The notes under the pieces were generated by a model, which did no database searches, was not told where the DNA came from, and worked only from the letters and a program-made list of their open reading frames with translations. Positions 26,614-38,781 of a DNA stretch of 64,000 bases are shown here, piece by piece. This stretch comes from Monocercomonoides exilis PA203 (taxonomy: Eukaryota; Protista; Preaxostyla). The stretch is taken from positions 62,001 to 126,000 of the forward strand of contig LSRY02000040.1 in assembly GCA_001643675.2 (NCBI GenBank), given 5' to 3'. The number at the start of each line of letters is the position of its first letter. The first letter of the stretch is position 1. The translations under genes were made by a program, and so were the position numbers.

Positions 26614-28758
26614 CAGTCTGTTCCAAAAAAATGTTGATCTGTCCTTTTTTAATGTTGATCATCACTCAATAAATAAAAATTATATTTACCACATTCGCCT
26701 TTCGTCATAATTAACATTTTATTTCTAAGGGGTTTTACACTGTTTCGAGAATAGAAGCAAGATTTATTGAGTTTTTTTTGTATTTTTCTTTGAATATATC
26801 AAGGGATGTTTGATTTCAATACATTATTTATTCAGCTTTATCATTTTTGTTGTTTTTTTAGTTTTTTTGTGTATCAATAACCAACTCACATTTTTTTATG
26901 TCATTTTTTGATTCATAGGAAAGATAACTTTAATAAAATAATATGTTAATTCAGGTAAACCTTTTAAATATATTATTCACAAATAATGAATAAAGCAATT
27001 AGAAATTTCATAAAAAAATGAAAACTGTGCAAATATTTTATAACTGAATGTAAATTTGAATCTTTGTTTTAAAAAACAATTTTCAAAACTATTTACAACT
27101 TTCTTTTGAATAAACTGTTCAAGATTTTTATTCTTTTTGGTTAATAGCCTTTATGACATTATTATATGTGAATGTTAAAGTATTTTTCACTTCCTTTTGA
27201 AAAAAAACAAGATAATATAGAACAAACAAGCCAATTAACTTTGTTATTGATAAAGATCTTTGATTAAAATAAAAGAAATATAAATAAAATGATTTGAGAT
27301 ATAAAAACAATAAATACAAATTTTAATTAAATCATACTTTCGAACATAAATGAAGTATGAATAAATAAGTGTAACGTTAAGGTTAAAGGTCTTTCTTTTC
27401 CAAAACCATTGGCCATATTTCATTCTCGACATTAGCAATGGTTCTTCGCACTTTTCTTGCTGTAATATCTTTGAAGGTCTCGATTAGCACGGAAATAAAA
27501 TGGTTCTCTCCTTTCCAGATATGAGAGCTTTCTTCAGCTCTTTTTTTCCAAAAACCAAAAACGTTTTCTATTGGATTTAGTATTGGTGAATAAGCTGCAT
27601 TGTATAGCACATGGTGTCCGGCTTCCGTAATTATTGCGTCTGTGTTAAGATGATGTATTGAAGCGTTGTCCATCACAATTACCGATGATCCATGGACTTT
27701 AATTGATAGCAAGAATCTTTTGATGTATGCCTCAAAGACTTCATGATTAATTGACCCCCTGATAACTTCTGAATATCCCATTCCTGATTGGGATATGGAT
27801 GTGATTGCCGTTAGGGACTGATGAACTGGCGGAGGAGGAATAAGAACTTTTTCTCCAACTGGGGACCATCCATATTTTATGACGCATTCCACATTCCAAG
27901 ATGTTTCGTCGATATAAAATATCATTGCACCATCCATTTGATATTCGTTGAGTTTTTCAATAAATTTTATTCGGAGTATTTTGTTTTCTTCAGTATTTGC
28001 CGCTGCTTCTCTCTTTGTTATTCTTTTGAAGTAAAAGATTGGATATTTTTGGGTCTCTTTATTTTTTTCTGTAAGAATACGGTAAATAGTTGATTTTACA
28101 ATCGGGCTTCCATGATTCGATAATTCAGAAGCAATTATCCTCACTGTATTCAAAGGATTCTGCTTCAATTTTTCCCGAACAATTGATTGATATTGTTCGT
28201 TTTCGACCTTTTTCTTTCTCACTTTTTGATGTAATGGAAGTGTAATGTCTATTCCAGCCTTTAATTTCGATAAGTACCTAGCTGTAGTTATTGTTGTTAA
28301 TGAGCACTCATTCGCGTACCATGTTTCGCTCTTCTCCTGCCCATGGATTTGAAAAAGATTAGATAATTTCCTTCTTTTCTCATTAGTTGCATTTGTATAA
28401 GGATTTTTCATTTTTTGATTCTCATGAATTCCAACATTTCTCAGATCTTCTATTTTCTTTCTTCTTTCTTCTTCAGCTCTCATTGCTGCTCTCATTTTTA
28501 TAGTTTGATGAATGCGTTCTTCTAAAGGATGAACAGTAGGTAAAGAAACTGCACTAACTCTAAACTCTGAAATGTTTGGAACTGATTCAATTATTTTCTT
28601 TTTTTTTTCGAACGTTCTAGCATCCAACAGTTGAATATTTTCCATGTTGTGAAAAAGTTAATTATGACGAAAGGCGAATGTGGGAAATATAATTTTTATT
28701 TATTGAGGGATGCTCAACATTAAAAAAGGACAGATCAACATTTTTTTGGGACAGACTG
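26614..28758 (-). mobile_element. Full-length Tc1/IS630-like DNA transposon
   Basis: ~102-bp near-perfect TIRs (26614-26715 and 28657-28758, CAGTCTGT(T/C)CCAAAAAAATGTTGATCTGTCC...). TA on both sides. Intact transposase. Confidence 0.95.
27383..28645 (-). CDS. IS630/Tc1-like DDE transposase (420 aa)
   Basis: HTH-like TVRIIASEL...KSTIYRIL; catalytic motifs FYIDETSW, VMDNASIH and YSPILNPIENVF. Confidence 0.93.
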   Translation of the reverse strand: MENIQLLDARTFEKKKKIIESVPNISEFRVSAVSLPTVHPLEERIHQTIKMRAAMRAEEERRKKIEDLRNVGIHENQKMKNPYTNATNEKRRKLSNLFQIHGQEKSETWYANECSLTTITTARYLSKLKAGIDITLPLHQKVRKKKVENEQYQSIVREKLKQNPLNTVRIIASELSNHGSPIVKSTIYRILTEKNKETQKYPIFYFKRITKREAAANTEENKILRIKFIEKLNEYQMDGAMIFYIDETSWNVECVIKYGWSPVGEKVLIPPPPVHQSLTAITSISQSGMGYSEVIRGSINHEVFEAYIKRFLLSIKVHGSSVIVMDNASIHHLNTDAIITEAGHHVLYNAAYSPILNPIENVFGFWKKRAEESSHIWKGENHFISVLIETFKDITARKVRRTIANVENEIWPMVLEKKDL

Positions 28759-29187
28759 TATATTATTTCTAATTAAATTTTCGGTAAGAATATTTCTCCT
28801 TAATTTTAACAAAAGAGCACTTAAAAGAGAAAAGGCTAGAAAAACATTATTATGATTTTTATTTCTGCTTTAACGTTTGTTTTTAAAACAGTTGTTTAAG
28901 AATTCACAAATAGAATACAAAATCTCTTCCCAACGACAAATGAAAATGAAAAATTGACCCCCCGAAAAAAGTTATGATTTCATAAATAATCACCCAAATA
29001 AATAAACTAATAAATAAAATCATTTAATTCAAAAACCTCCTTTTCTTATGGAAAAAAAAAAATATACGATAAACATAAAGAATACATATCAAATTACAAT
29101 CTCCAAAAAAGACTTATTTAAATTAACTTCAAATAAAATAGAAAATGCATAATGCAAATGCATAATAAATAAATAAATAAATAATAT

Positions 29188-32100
29188 TGGGTGCAAATTT
29201 TATCTTGAACTCAAAAATTTATCTCAACCCTTTTTTTGTAACTTATTTTTGCTTTTTTGATTTGTAAAAAGGCTTAAAACAAAAACAATATAAATAGATT
29301 TCTTGATATTTTTGTTTTTCAGAATTCTGTTGAAAAAAATTTTAAAATTTTTATATTCAAAAAATTATTAAAATTTTTTATAATTTTAGGACCCAGATCA
29401 AAGACTTGCTGGCCGTGAAGCTTATATTTTGTACCGAACGTTTAAAGCCACAGCATCACAATTCCACATTCCTATATTATTATTTTAACTTATTTTTAAC
29501 ATTTTCAATAAAATTTTTAACCTTTTTTTCTCATTTCACTGTTTTTGCTTAAAACACGTTTTTTTGTATAAACATGTGTTTGTGTCAAATTTTATGTAAA
29601 TGAAAAAAATATTCAAAATCTTATTTATCGTTTATTTGCATTAAGCATTGAAATGAAAAGGATCTTTTCAAGAATTTTAACAGAAAAGCAAGTATATATG
29701 ATTTTTTTGTTATTCAAATTACCAAACATATACAAACAAATAATCATTTTAACATACGAGAAACGTTTTATTTTAATAATGTTTATTTATCATTTCAATA
29801 AATTTCAAAACAAATTCATGTGTGTCCTCAAAATCGTGTTTTTTGAAAATATGTGTGAAATGAGAAAAAGTATTAAAAAAACAAGTTGAGAAAGTTTTAA
29901 ACAAGTTCAACTTATAAAAAAATTAACGATGTATTATGATATGATAGCTTAAAACTTCTTATAAAAAATATTCGCTGGAAAAGCAGCAAGTCAATGATCA
30001 AAACATAAAATAATTATTATCCTTGATCTTTTTGAAAAGCATGAAATATTGAAAAAAAAAAATAAAGAATAAAGAAATAAAAACATTTCAAACATTTCTG
30101 GTTATTTTTTGTTTATCACAGGCTTGTGTAAAGCTAAAAGCATGACAAAAAACAAAAAGGTCAAGATAAAGAAAAAAGGTCAAGATAAAATCATCGCCCT
30201 AATTTGTTTACAAGGTGAAATAAATATTTGATTTGAGTTTTATGTGAAGAATGATTCGCTTCGAAGATAATTTTTGTAGTTTTTGCATAAATAATAAAAA
30301 GAAAACAACAATATTCTGAAAATTCTGATGAATAAATTTGTTTTATGCGAGTGTTTTATAATACAGAATACATTAACACAATTAGCATAAAATAGTGATG
30401 TGAAAGTTGCAGAATCGTAGGTCTATTTCCTTTTCATTTTTCATTTTCCTTATTTCCTCGTTTTTTCACTCAATTTCTCTTTTGTCGAAATCTCATAATT
30501 TCAAAATGATCTTTCTCTTTTTCTTAAATTTAGCCTCTCTCTTTCTTATCACTTCACGCATCTTCTTTATTTTCGTTATCATTTATCTCTTCATTTTCAT
30601 ACCACATCCCCACAATCTCTTATACCGACTTCTTTTCAAAGAATAGCGAATCTTCTTTGTACCTTCGCTTCTCTTTTTAGATGTATCTCGCATTCTCTGT
30701 AATTTTTCCTCCTTCATTTTCTCGATTTCCGTTTTTCCTTTCGCTCACACAGCAGCTGGAGAAGGTTGTGTCACTCACCGAAAATGTGTTGGCAGATGAA
30801 GATGAGGCGAATGAGATGCACCCACCATTGGTGGCAGTCTGTTGGTTTTGTGGAGCTGAGTTGATGTTGGTCATGGTGCAGTTGGTGAGGGAGAGGGAGA
30901 GGGCAGGGGAGGTGGCAGAGGAGAGGACACAGCTGGCTGGAGTGGCGGTGGAGGTGATGTGAGTGATGTTGGAGGAGTTGAGGATGAGTGGAGCTGTGAG
31001 GGAGGTGAGGTGGAAGATGCTGGGGCTGTTGAGGGTGAGACTGGTGATTGCTGTGTGGTTGAGGGTGAGGGAGCCAGCAGTGATGAAGAAGAGGGGAGTT
31101 TTTATTGTAATGGAGGTTGTTCCGGTGATGGTGGTTGTGTTGAGTTTGAGGGACGGGGAGTCATTGGAGAGGTGGAAGAGGATGGGGGTGATTTGGTTTG
31201 TGGAGTTGCGGGAGATGGCGAGGGCAGAGACTGTGAGGGAGCCCTGAGTCTGTTGGAAGAGGGCAGACGAGGCAGATGGATCTGGTGAAGAAGATGCAGA
31301 TGAAAATGATGAATATGATGAATTTGATGATGTTGATTGTGATGACTGCGAATATGAGTTTGATGGTTGGGGAATGCCACTGGATGCGATGGTTGTGGCC
31401 TCTGTTCCATTTCCAGTGATTTTTGTATCAACTGCATTGAAAGTGAGCGTTTGAAGAGGAACAAATGTGGAGTTGAGGAGGATAAGTGAAGCATCTTGGA
31501 GGATAGAAATGAAGCCATTGAGGGCATACTCGATGGTGGCACATGGGGTTTGTTGGGTACTGCCACAGGTATCGACATCAGTTCCGCTGTTAGAAACGAT
31601 TTTGTTCTGAGCGATGAGGGGGAGCCAGCCATTGTACACGTCATTATCAGCTGTGTTGCCGTTCCATACTCTTTTTGTTGGGGTTGTTGAGCCACAGTTC
31701 TCGAATGGGGATTGGGTGATGGAATTACCATTGAAGAACACATCGTTTCCTCTTCCATTTTTTGCAGTGTTTCCATCGAAGAAACAGAATGCGATGAGTT
31801 TGACTTCATTCATCCAATCATATGTTCTGGTGCAACATAACGCAGCACCACCATTGGAAATTGGATTTTCGACTTTGTTGTTGATGAACTGGCACTCTTG
31901 GAGCAAGCATTATTTTGGTTTTTGTTGTGGATGCCAATTGAATGAAACTGCTCCAGCTGCATTTCCACCAGTATTTGCAATACAGGTGAAATTTTTGAAC
32001 AGAATTTAACATCAGATGTCATGTTGTCGATCACGATTACACAATCAGTTCCAATATTGCCTTTTATTGAGCAACTTTCAACTCTGTTTTCTGAGAACGT

Positions 32101-33210
32101 CCAAACAGAATTTGATTGTGGATGCCATATTGCAGCTGCTCCTCCATGCAATGCAGAACAGCTTGTGAAATTAGATTTTATGAGATCTATTTTCAACAAT
32201 TCTTGACAAAACAACTCTCCGCCACGGTATGCACCTGTAATTGAACAATTGTTGAATGAACAAGAAGTGATTGCGAGATTTGCATTTTTGCAAACAACAC
32301 AAAGCGCACCTCCATAATCATTCCTTCCATTTGAATCGTTCCATTCACACCACTCAAAGTGATGGCTGTTCTTATCAAACGAAGTCAATCTTCCAGGTGA
32401 TTTTCTTTGAGATTCATTTCCGGTGTGTTAAACAGGAGGATTTGGTGTAGAGCTTGTTTAGTGCAGGAAAGAGGAGTCAAAGGCAGAGAAAAAAGTGTCG
32501 GAACTGTTGACAGAAGAGATGATAGATCCGTTGATAGAGTTTTGAGTGTGCTGGAAGAGAAAGTCGTTGATGGGGAAGCGAGAGAATAAATAGATGTGAT
32601 CATAGAAATAAAAAATCTGTTTGCGAGTAATCCTGGGGATGAAGAGAGTTAAAAATATGGAACATTAATAGACAAAAGGTTTATAGAATTTGGAACATGT
32701 TAGAAAATCATATACTCGGTTTAATAAGAAGATAAATATCGAAAAAGATTAATTTGTTAAAAATAGATATGTTTAATACTCGACAGGAAATCTTGAAAAA
32801 TAACCATATACGCCTTCAAACATTCAGTGTTTAATATATTTCTTGTTAATGATTTTTAACATTGTTATACAACAAGGTGAAAAATGAAAAACAATATCAT
32901 TTGATAATTTCTGTTGTAAAAAACTTAAAAGTCAAAGCCATCCAAAGAAAATTAATAAAGTTGACATTGAAGTCGTTGTTGATGTTACAGTTATTAAGAA
33001 ACAGTTTGCAATTGCGAAGAAATAAACTTAAAGTTTTCAGAAGCTTTTATGATTTGTATATTGGGAAAAATGAATTTTTAATTGAAACAATCATTCAAAC
33101 AAGCATTATAAAACTCACGCTTTCAATCACATAAGTTGGAATAGCATTTTAAACGGATTATTGAATTATTCTGTTTATTCGAAGTTGATTATTGAAAGAT
33201 CTAAGTTTTT
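29188..33210. repeat. ~4 kb segment duplicated in inverted orientation at ~58215-62213
   Basis: Colinear reverse-complement similarity across the pseudogene and both flanks (for example 29400-29470 vs 61925-62010). Confidence 0.88.
30677..32603 (-). pseudogene. Parallel beta-helix / pectin-lyase-like (GGA repeat, Cys/Ser/Thr-rich) surface protein pseudogene, copy A
   Basis: Repeats such as YGGALCV, F.SCSA.HGGA, NGGAAL, CFFDGNTA.NGRGNDVFF, CG.TQQTPCATI and NGGCISF are split over three ORFs by frameshifts and an in-frame stop. Confidence 0.75.
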
Positions 33211-33365
33211 ACAAAAAGAGAATCAATTCGCAATAAAGCGAATCTATGAACGCAAGGAGCAGGTTTGCTCCTCAATAATGAGTTTGATCTTTAAATTATG
33301 GGTGGTTTAAGATCAAACTTCGCGAACGAATTTTCTTCTTGTTTACACCATTATCCGCAGTTAGA

Positions 33366-34604
33366 ATGACGCTAGATCCTGTTAGTATGGCAGACAGCGA
33401 CAGCGAGGAGAAGACCTTTGATCTTGTTCGAAGGCTCAAGAGAGTTGAAAATTGGATCGATCAGATGTCGAGGAGCAGAGAAGGACGAAGTCACTCGGGA
33501 GCAGAAGGGATACTACCAACAAGGAAGACGAAGAGGGAACGACAAAACAGAGGATCTCCGACGAAAGCAAGCGAATCTGAGTCCGAAACTAATAGTTCAG
33601 AAATGATCGCAAAGAAGAGACATAGACGGCGTTTGAGTGGCAGTCGTGTATGTAACCAGACAAAGAGATGGGACGAAGATGAAAGCAGCGAGTGCGATTC
33701 CGGAAGCTCAGAAAAGCGGGAAGAAGAGCAGGGAAGGTCGGAAGACTTTTTGGGAATTTTCCCAGACGAATGGCTGACACCCAGGAGGCAGGTGGGCGAA
33801 CTGAAGAGATTTATGGAGTTTTGCAAGGCCGGATCGATTAGAATAAACGATGATATCTTAAACACGTTTATTCCAGAGACGGAGAAGAACTTCTTCACCA
33901 GACACACCGATGCGAGTTGGAACGCCTTGGCGGTGACGGGGGTCACTGCCGAAGGAAGAAAGGACTCTCCAGAAGCCGTCAGGGTTATGGAATTGCTCCA
34001 ACCTGCTCTCGAATCGGGGTTTGAAGCTGCCAAGGCGATTGCAGCCCTTACAACAAGAGAATTGAGGAAGACACATTTAGGGGAAGAAGAGAAAGAGCGA
34101 TTGAGGGGACTCTTCTGCTCATATGCCCTGATTGCAGACTGTATCAGCCGGATTAATTTACTGAAAGTTATACCCCAGTCAAACTGGGAGAATGTGAAGT
34201 GTTTCCTGGAAGGGGGAACGTCCAAGGACGTCCCAGAGAGCCTGAGGAGGCTGGTGGAGAGTACCAGCTTTTTTCGTCCAGAGGGGGATGGTCCAAGGTA
34301 TGGGGCATCCCCCACTTCTCCCACAGCCTTCGACCTTGTCGCAGCCAGGAGCGGACGCCCAAGGAGGTACAGCACAGGCAGGAACGCTCAGGGCTTCGCT
34401 TACAGACAGCTCCAGAAGCGGGGCTTCGAGGGGAGCTTCACGAATTTCAGGGAAAGAAGGAGATCAACACAGGCCCTATCACAGCATGCCCCAGCACCAC
34501 CTGGGAGAGTGGCCTCGATCACAGTTCCCCTCCCCCCAGCTCCCCCGAGGATACGGAGAGGACCAACTACAGGTGCAGCTTCTGGATCGAGCCAATGGGC
34601 CTAG
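33366..34604 (+). CDS. DIRS ORF1 (gag-like)
   Basis: First long ORF after the left ITR, with an Arg-rich C-terminal part overlapping the RT frame. Assigned by position. Confidence 0.7.
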   Translation: MTLDPVSMADSDSEEKTFDLVRRLKRVENWIDQMSRSREGRSHSGAEGILPTRKTKRERQNRGSPTKASESESETNSSEMIAKKRHRRRLSGSRVCNQTKRWDEDESSECDSGSSEKREEEQGRSEDFLGIFPDEWLTPRRQVGELKRFMEFCKAGSIRINDDILNTFIPETEKNFFTRHTDASWNALAVTGVTAEGRKDSPEAVRVMELLQPALESGFEAAKAIAALTTRELRKTHLGEEEKERLRGLFCSYALIADCISRINLLKVIPQSNWENVKCFLEGGTSKDVPESLRRLVESTSFFRPEGDGPRYGASPTSPTAFDLVAARSGRPRRYSTGRNAQGFAYRQLQKRGFEGSFTNFRERRRSTQALSQHAPAPPGRVASITVPLPPAPPRIRRGPTTGAASGSSQWA

Positions 34605-37012
34605 AAGAAGAGAGAGCCGAGCTTTGCCGAGAGAAAGAGATTAACAGAATGCTATCGAATTCCGAGGGAGTAATAATGCCACAGGGAGCCCCATTCAATC
34701 GACAGATAGTGACAAGAACGGAACCCGTAGGAGTTTGCAAGAACAACGAGAAGGCAGTGAGGCCATTCGATCGAGAGAAGAGGATAGATCAAGAGATCCC
34801 GAGAGACCACGAGATGGAAACATGGAGAGAGAACACAGAAGAAGACTCCGTAGATCCCCGCGGGACAAAACAGAAGAACGAGCAGAAATCCGAGAAGGAG
34901 GAGGAGAAGGGAGTCTCGAGAGCTTTTGGGACTGCTATCGAGTCCCCGATTGGGACCGCCAGGGAGGCGGGCTCGAAGACAGCTATATTAGATACTCTCG
35001 AAGGAGAAGGGTATACACAAATACAGCCTGGCCACAAGACGCTAGGAGTGAAGAGGAGAACAGCGAGTGGACCACCGAAGGAGTCACTCCCTGGGAGGTT
35101 AGTGAACAGACTGAGCGAGTGGAAGAAGATTGGGGGAGACAAATTAGTGAGCCGTGGTATAAAAGCTCGATGGAAAAGTCCCCAATCCCCAACCTCACTC
35201 GAGGAGAGAAAACACAGGCAAGAATTCCGGGGAACAACGGAGATGACGAACAATTATTTATCCCTCTTGGAGGAGGAGTTGAAGGATGGAGTGGTGAAAC
35301 CCATACAGGAGTCGGAGGTGAAGTGGTTCAACCCGACATTCATGGTGATAAAGAAGAACGGAAAGTGGAGAAAGATACTAGATTGCAGGACGCTAAACGA
35401 AGAAGTACAGGGGAAGCATTTCAAGATGGATTCCCAGGAGACAGTCGTGGAACTCTTGGAGGAGAACGATTGGATGACAACACTGGACATATCGAGTGCA
35501 TACCAGCATGTAAAGGTGGACGAGCAATTCAGTCCCTATCTGTGTTTCAGCTTTCAAAGTCAATGTTACGCTCACGTAGGGATGCCATTTGGGGCAAAGG
35601 ATGCGCCCAGAGTTTTCACGAAGATAATGAGACGGGCGGCGTCATATATCAGAGAAAAGTGGAAAGTGAAGCTGGTAATTTATCTGGACGACATTCTCCT
35701 CATGCATCCAGACAGGGATGCATTGAGATTGATCTCACAGGAGATTGCCCAGTTCCTGAGAAATCTGGGCTGGATACTGTCGGAAGAGAAATTGAGGTTG
35801 GAACCCACAAGGAACGTGGAGTTTCTGGGATGGCTTTGGTATTCAGAGAAGATGGAAGTAACGCTCCAAGAGAGGAAGAGAGTGCTCTTGCTGAAGGATG
35901 TGCGAACCTGGATAGCACTGGCAAAGAAAAGGAGGAGACAGAAGACGAGAAATTTGGCATCACTCCTCGGAAGGTTGAATTTCGTGAGACTACAGCACCC
36001 ACCAGCGAGTTTGTGGATGGTGCGAATGCAATATGTGCTGAGGCAGGCGATAGCCCGCGGGGGCTGGAAGGGAACAGTGATAGTCATCCCAATGATTCTG
36101 GTAGAATTAACACATTGGAGGAAAACCCTTCAAGAGAACAGATCGAGGTGTCTGAAGAGAAGGAACAGACCAGCAGTACTTACAACGGATGCGTCAGAGC
36201 TGGGATGGGGTGCAGTGTTAACAATACCGAGGGAGAACAAAGAGGAGAAGATATATGTCCACGGGAGTTGGACCCTCCAGGAGAGTGCGTTAGCGATAAA
36301 CGAAAAGGAGTCCAGAGCAGTGTTGAGGACTTTAGAAAGGAAAGGAACATGGCTGCCATAACAGAAGATAGACCATATTCGTCTGAGGACAGACAATATG
36401 TCCACGGGGTGGACAATACAGAAGAAAAGGGGAGCGCCATCGCTCATTCCAACACTGAGAGCAATAGAGAGGAAACTGAACAGCCTGGACATTACGATAC
36501 AAACGGAACATCTCCCAGGAGAGCAGAACATGGAAGCAGATGCACTCAGTCGGATGGCGAAAAAGCCGGATTATGCACTGAAGGTGGAGAAAGTCGCAGA
36601 GATATTACAAACAATCGCACCGAGAGCACTAGATACAATCTTAGAACCGATTGCGCCGGTGCCCTGCGGAAGTACTTGGAGACTATCCTCTCTGAGAAGG
36701 AAGATAGAGAGAGGAATGCAAGGAAACGAGATAGTACTAGTCCATCCGTTCCTGAGAAACATTGGACAGGTGCTGAGGGAGAAGATTAACTCAACTCAGA
36801 GGGAACTAACGATTCTGATTCTGCCAGCCTGGCAGGTGTAGACCTGAACCCTGCTTCTGCAGCCTGTGCATTTGACAAAGACCCTGGATACCTTTCAGGA
36901 GTGTGTGATTCCAGGAGCAAGTGTGATAAAAGAAGGCTGGAAATTTCATCCAGGAGAGGTGACAATCGTCACTCTGGAGAGGAAAATATACAGGGAAGGG
37001 ACCTCTTTCTAG
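34199..37012 (+). pseudogene. DIRS reverse transcriptase / RNase H / degenerate methyltransferase-like domain
   Basis: RT motifs WRKILDCRTLN, TLDISSAYQH, GMPFGAKDAPRVFTK, YLDDILL. RNase H motifs TTDASELGWGAV, INEKE, RTDN, HLPGEQNMEADALSR. MT-like VHPF..IGQVL...LILPAW. In-frame stops at 36359, 36839 and 36845. Confidence 0.93.
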
Positions 37013-38366
37013 CGTGTGGAGAATACGTTGGAGCAAAGAACATAGCAGCAGCAATATTGAGAAATCAGAAGAGTGAAAGAGATACGTGGAGAGCGCCACG
37101 AAGATTTATACAAATCCTAGATAGAGAGAGAGCATGGATGACACTGACCCCCTCAGAACCAAAGATGCCAAATGGATCATGGTGGAGATCACTGAAAAGC
37201 TTTCAAGCACTAACCTCTCAAGTGGAGTGATTCATCAGACAGTTCGGAAAGTACTGGATTCTATTAACCTATTCAGAGAGATTAAGATTGATGTGAAAGA
37301 CATAGAAATATTTTTTAAGACTTATGTGGGAGAAAAGCCGAGAAAGGGCAAACGGTACAAGACGATGTGGGACTCAACAATCATCACGAAGTGTGCCGAA
37401 ACAACCTACGACTCAAAAGATATACGAACTCTTCAGAAGAGAGCCCTCATCCTGACCATGATTTTCGGTGCTTTTAGGCCAGCTGAGCTGGAGAGAATGA
37501 GAAGTGATACAATAATATTTATAGACAAGTTAGTCCAGACACAAGAACAAACAAAAACATCAGCGGGAGAGACGGTTAAGGTTATCATAAATAAACATCC
37601 AAACCCACATATAGATGCTGTTGCAGCGCTCCAACGTTGGATGGACTATACTTAGACGACGTTTAAAGACGAACATGTGTGGTTCAATATCAGTGAGAGA
37701 CAACCTGCAAACTTGCAGAGAATCAAAGAAGAATTAGTGGCGGTCCTGAGAGAAAACGGAATACCCGACACATTTACTGCGTACTCGATAAGACACGCGG
37801 TGATAACACATTTAGCAAAACAACAGGATGCAGATTGGAAAGCAATTAATGCGTACGCGAGATGGGCGCCAGGTTCGAGAGTAGCCCAGGAGTATTACAC
37901 CGTGCTACCAGTCCAAGATACGAGATGGATCCTGGAGACAATCGGCGGCCCAGTACCCCTTGCTGAAAAGGGAGACAAGTCGGAGAAGGACAGTGATAGA
38001 AAGGATTCGAGAAATGAGAAAACAATACCGGGAATAAAGGAATATACAGGAGAAAGTTTACAAGATGGAGGAGAGGTGGAAGTGAGCAAGAGGAAGAGAT
38101 CGAAGAGACGAGGGCCAATACGAGAAAGGAGGTCGCAGCGGGAGAACGATATAACACAACCCCCCAAAGGTGAAGAGACACCCCCCATAATTCCCCGCTG
38201 CATTATGGAGCTGACGAAGGGCAGACAGACGGCCTCACGGAAAAAGCTTGAAGCTAATCGGAGGAAACGCGGAGAGAGAAGCATAGGACAAATAGTCTGT
38301 ACCTCTCGAGTGTCGAAAACCCGATCAAGAACACCCCGAGAACATTCTAAGAGAGGGAGGGAGTAG
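36901..38366 (+). pseudogene. DIRS tyrosine recombinase
   Basis: Motifs GAFRPAEL (R), TKTS (K), AYSIRHA, ARWAPGS and QEYY (Y). Frameshift near 37130 and in-frame TAG at 37653. Confidence 0.9.
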
Positions 38367-38476
38367 AGACAGCGGCCGCACCTTCATCCGCAGTCCCTCT
38401 ATTCATCCGCCGCACGATATTGTGCTAGGAAGGAGGGTTTAAGATCAGGTGAGAAAAGAGAACGAGGGGTTTCAGG

Positions 38477-38573
38477 ACTCATTATTGAGGAGCAAACCTG
38501 CTCCTTGCGTTCATAGATTCGCTTTATTGCGAATTGATAGAACGCAGTGAGACAGGATTTGCTCCGAAATAAT
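38477..38573. repeat. DIRS internal complementary region (ICR)
   Basis: 38477-38538 is the reverse complement of 33222-33283, and 38534-38573 is the reverse complement of 39196-39235. Confidence 0.95.
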
Positions 38574-38781
38574 ACAAACGCGGATGGAGAGATTCAGAGC
38601 GGCTGGGTGCGTAAGAGAGAGAAACATATTAGGAGGATGACGAGGAAAAGGGCGAGAAAGCAGAAGAGAGAAGAAAGGAGTGACCGCCCAGAGAGATCTA
38701 ATGCACCTAAATCTGTATTGAGAAACAGTGAAGGAATAAAAAGTGGGTAGTAGGATACTACTCCTTTTATTAGTATCGAAC

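Noticed and set aside
26716-27382. Fanzor/TnpB cargo in the Tc1/IS630-like element
   Set aside because: No ORF with RuvC or zinc-finger motifs; the region is AT-rich and non-coding.
34288-37660. TAA/TAG read as Gln to explain the DIRS stops
   Set aside because: Host genes (LZIC, EB1, cathepsin B) end in TAA, and the element also has an in-frame TGA and a frameshift. Decay is the simpler explanation.
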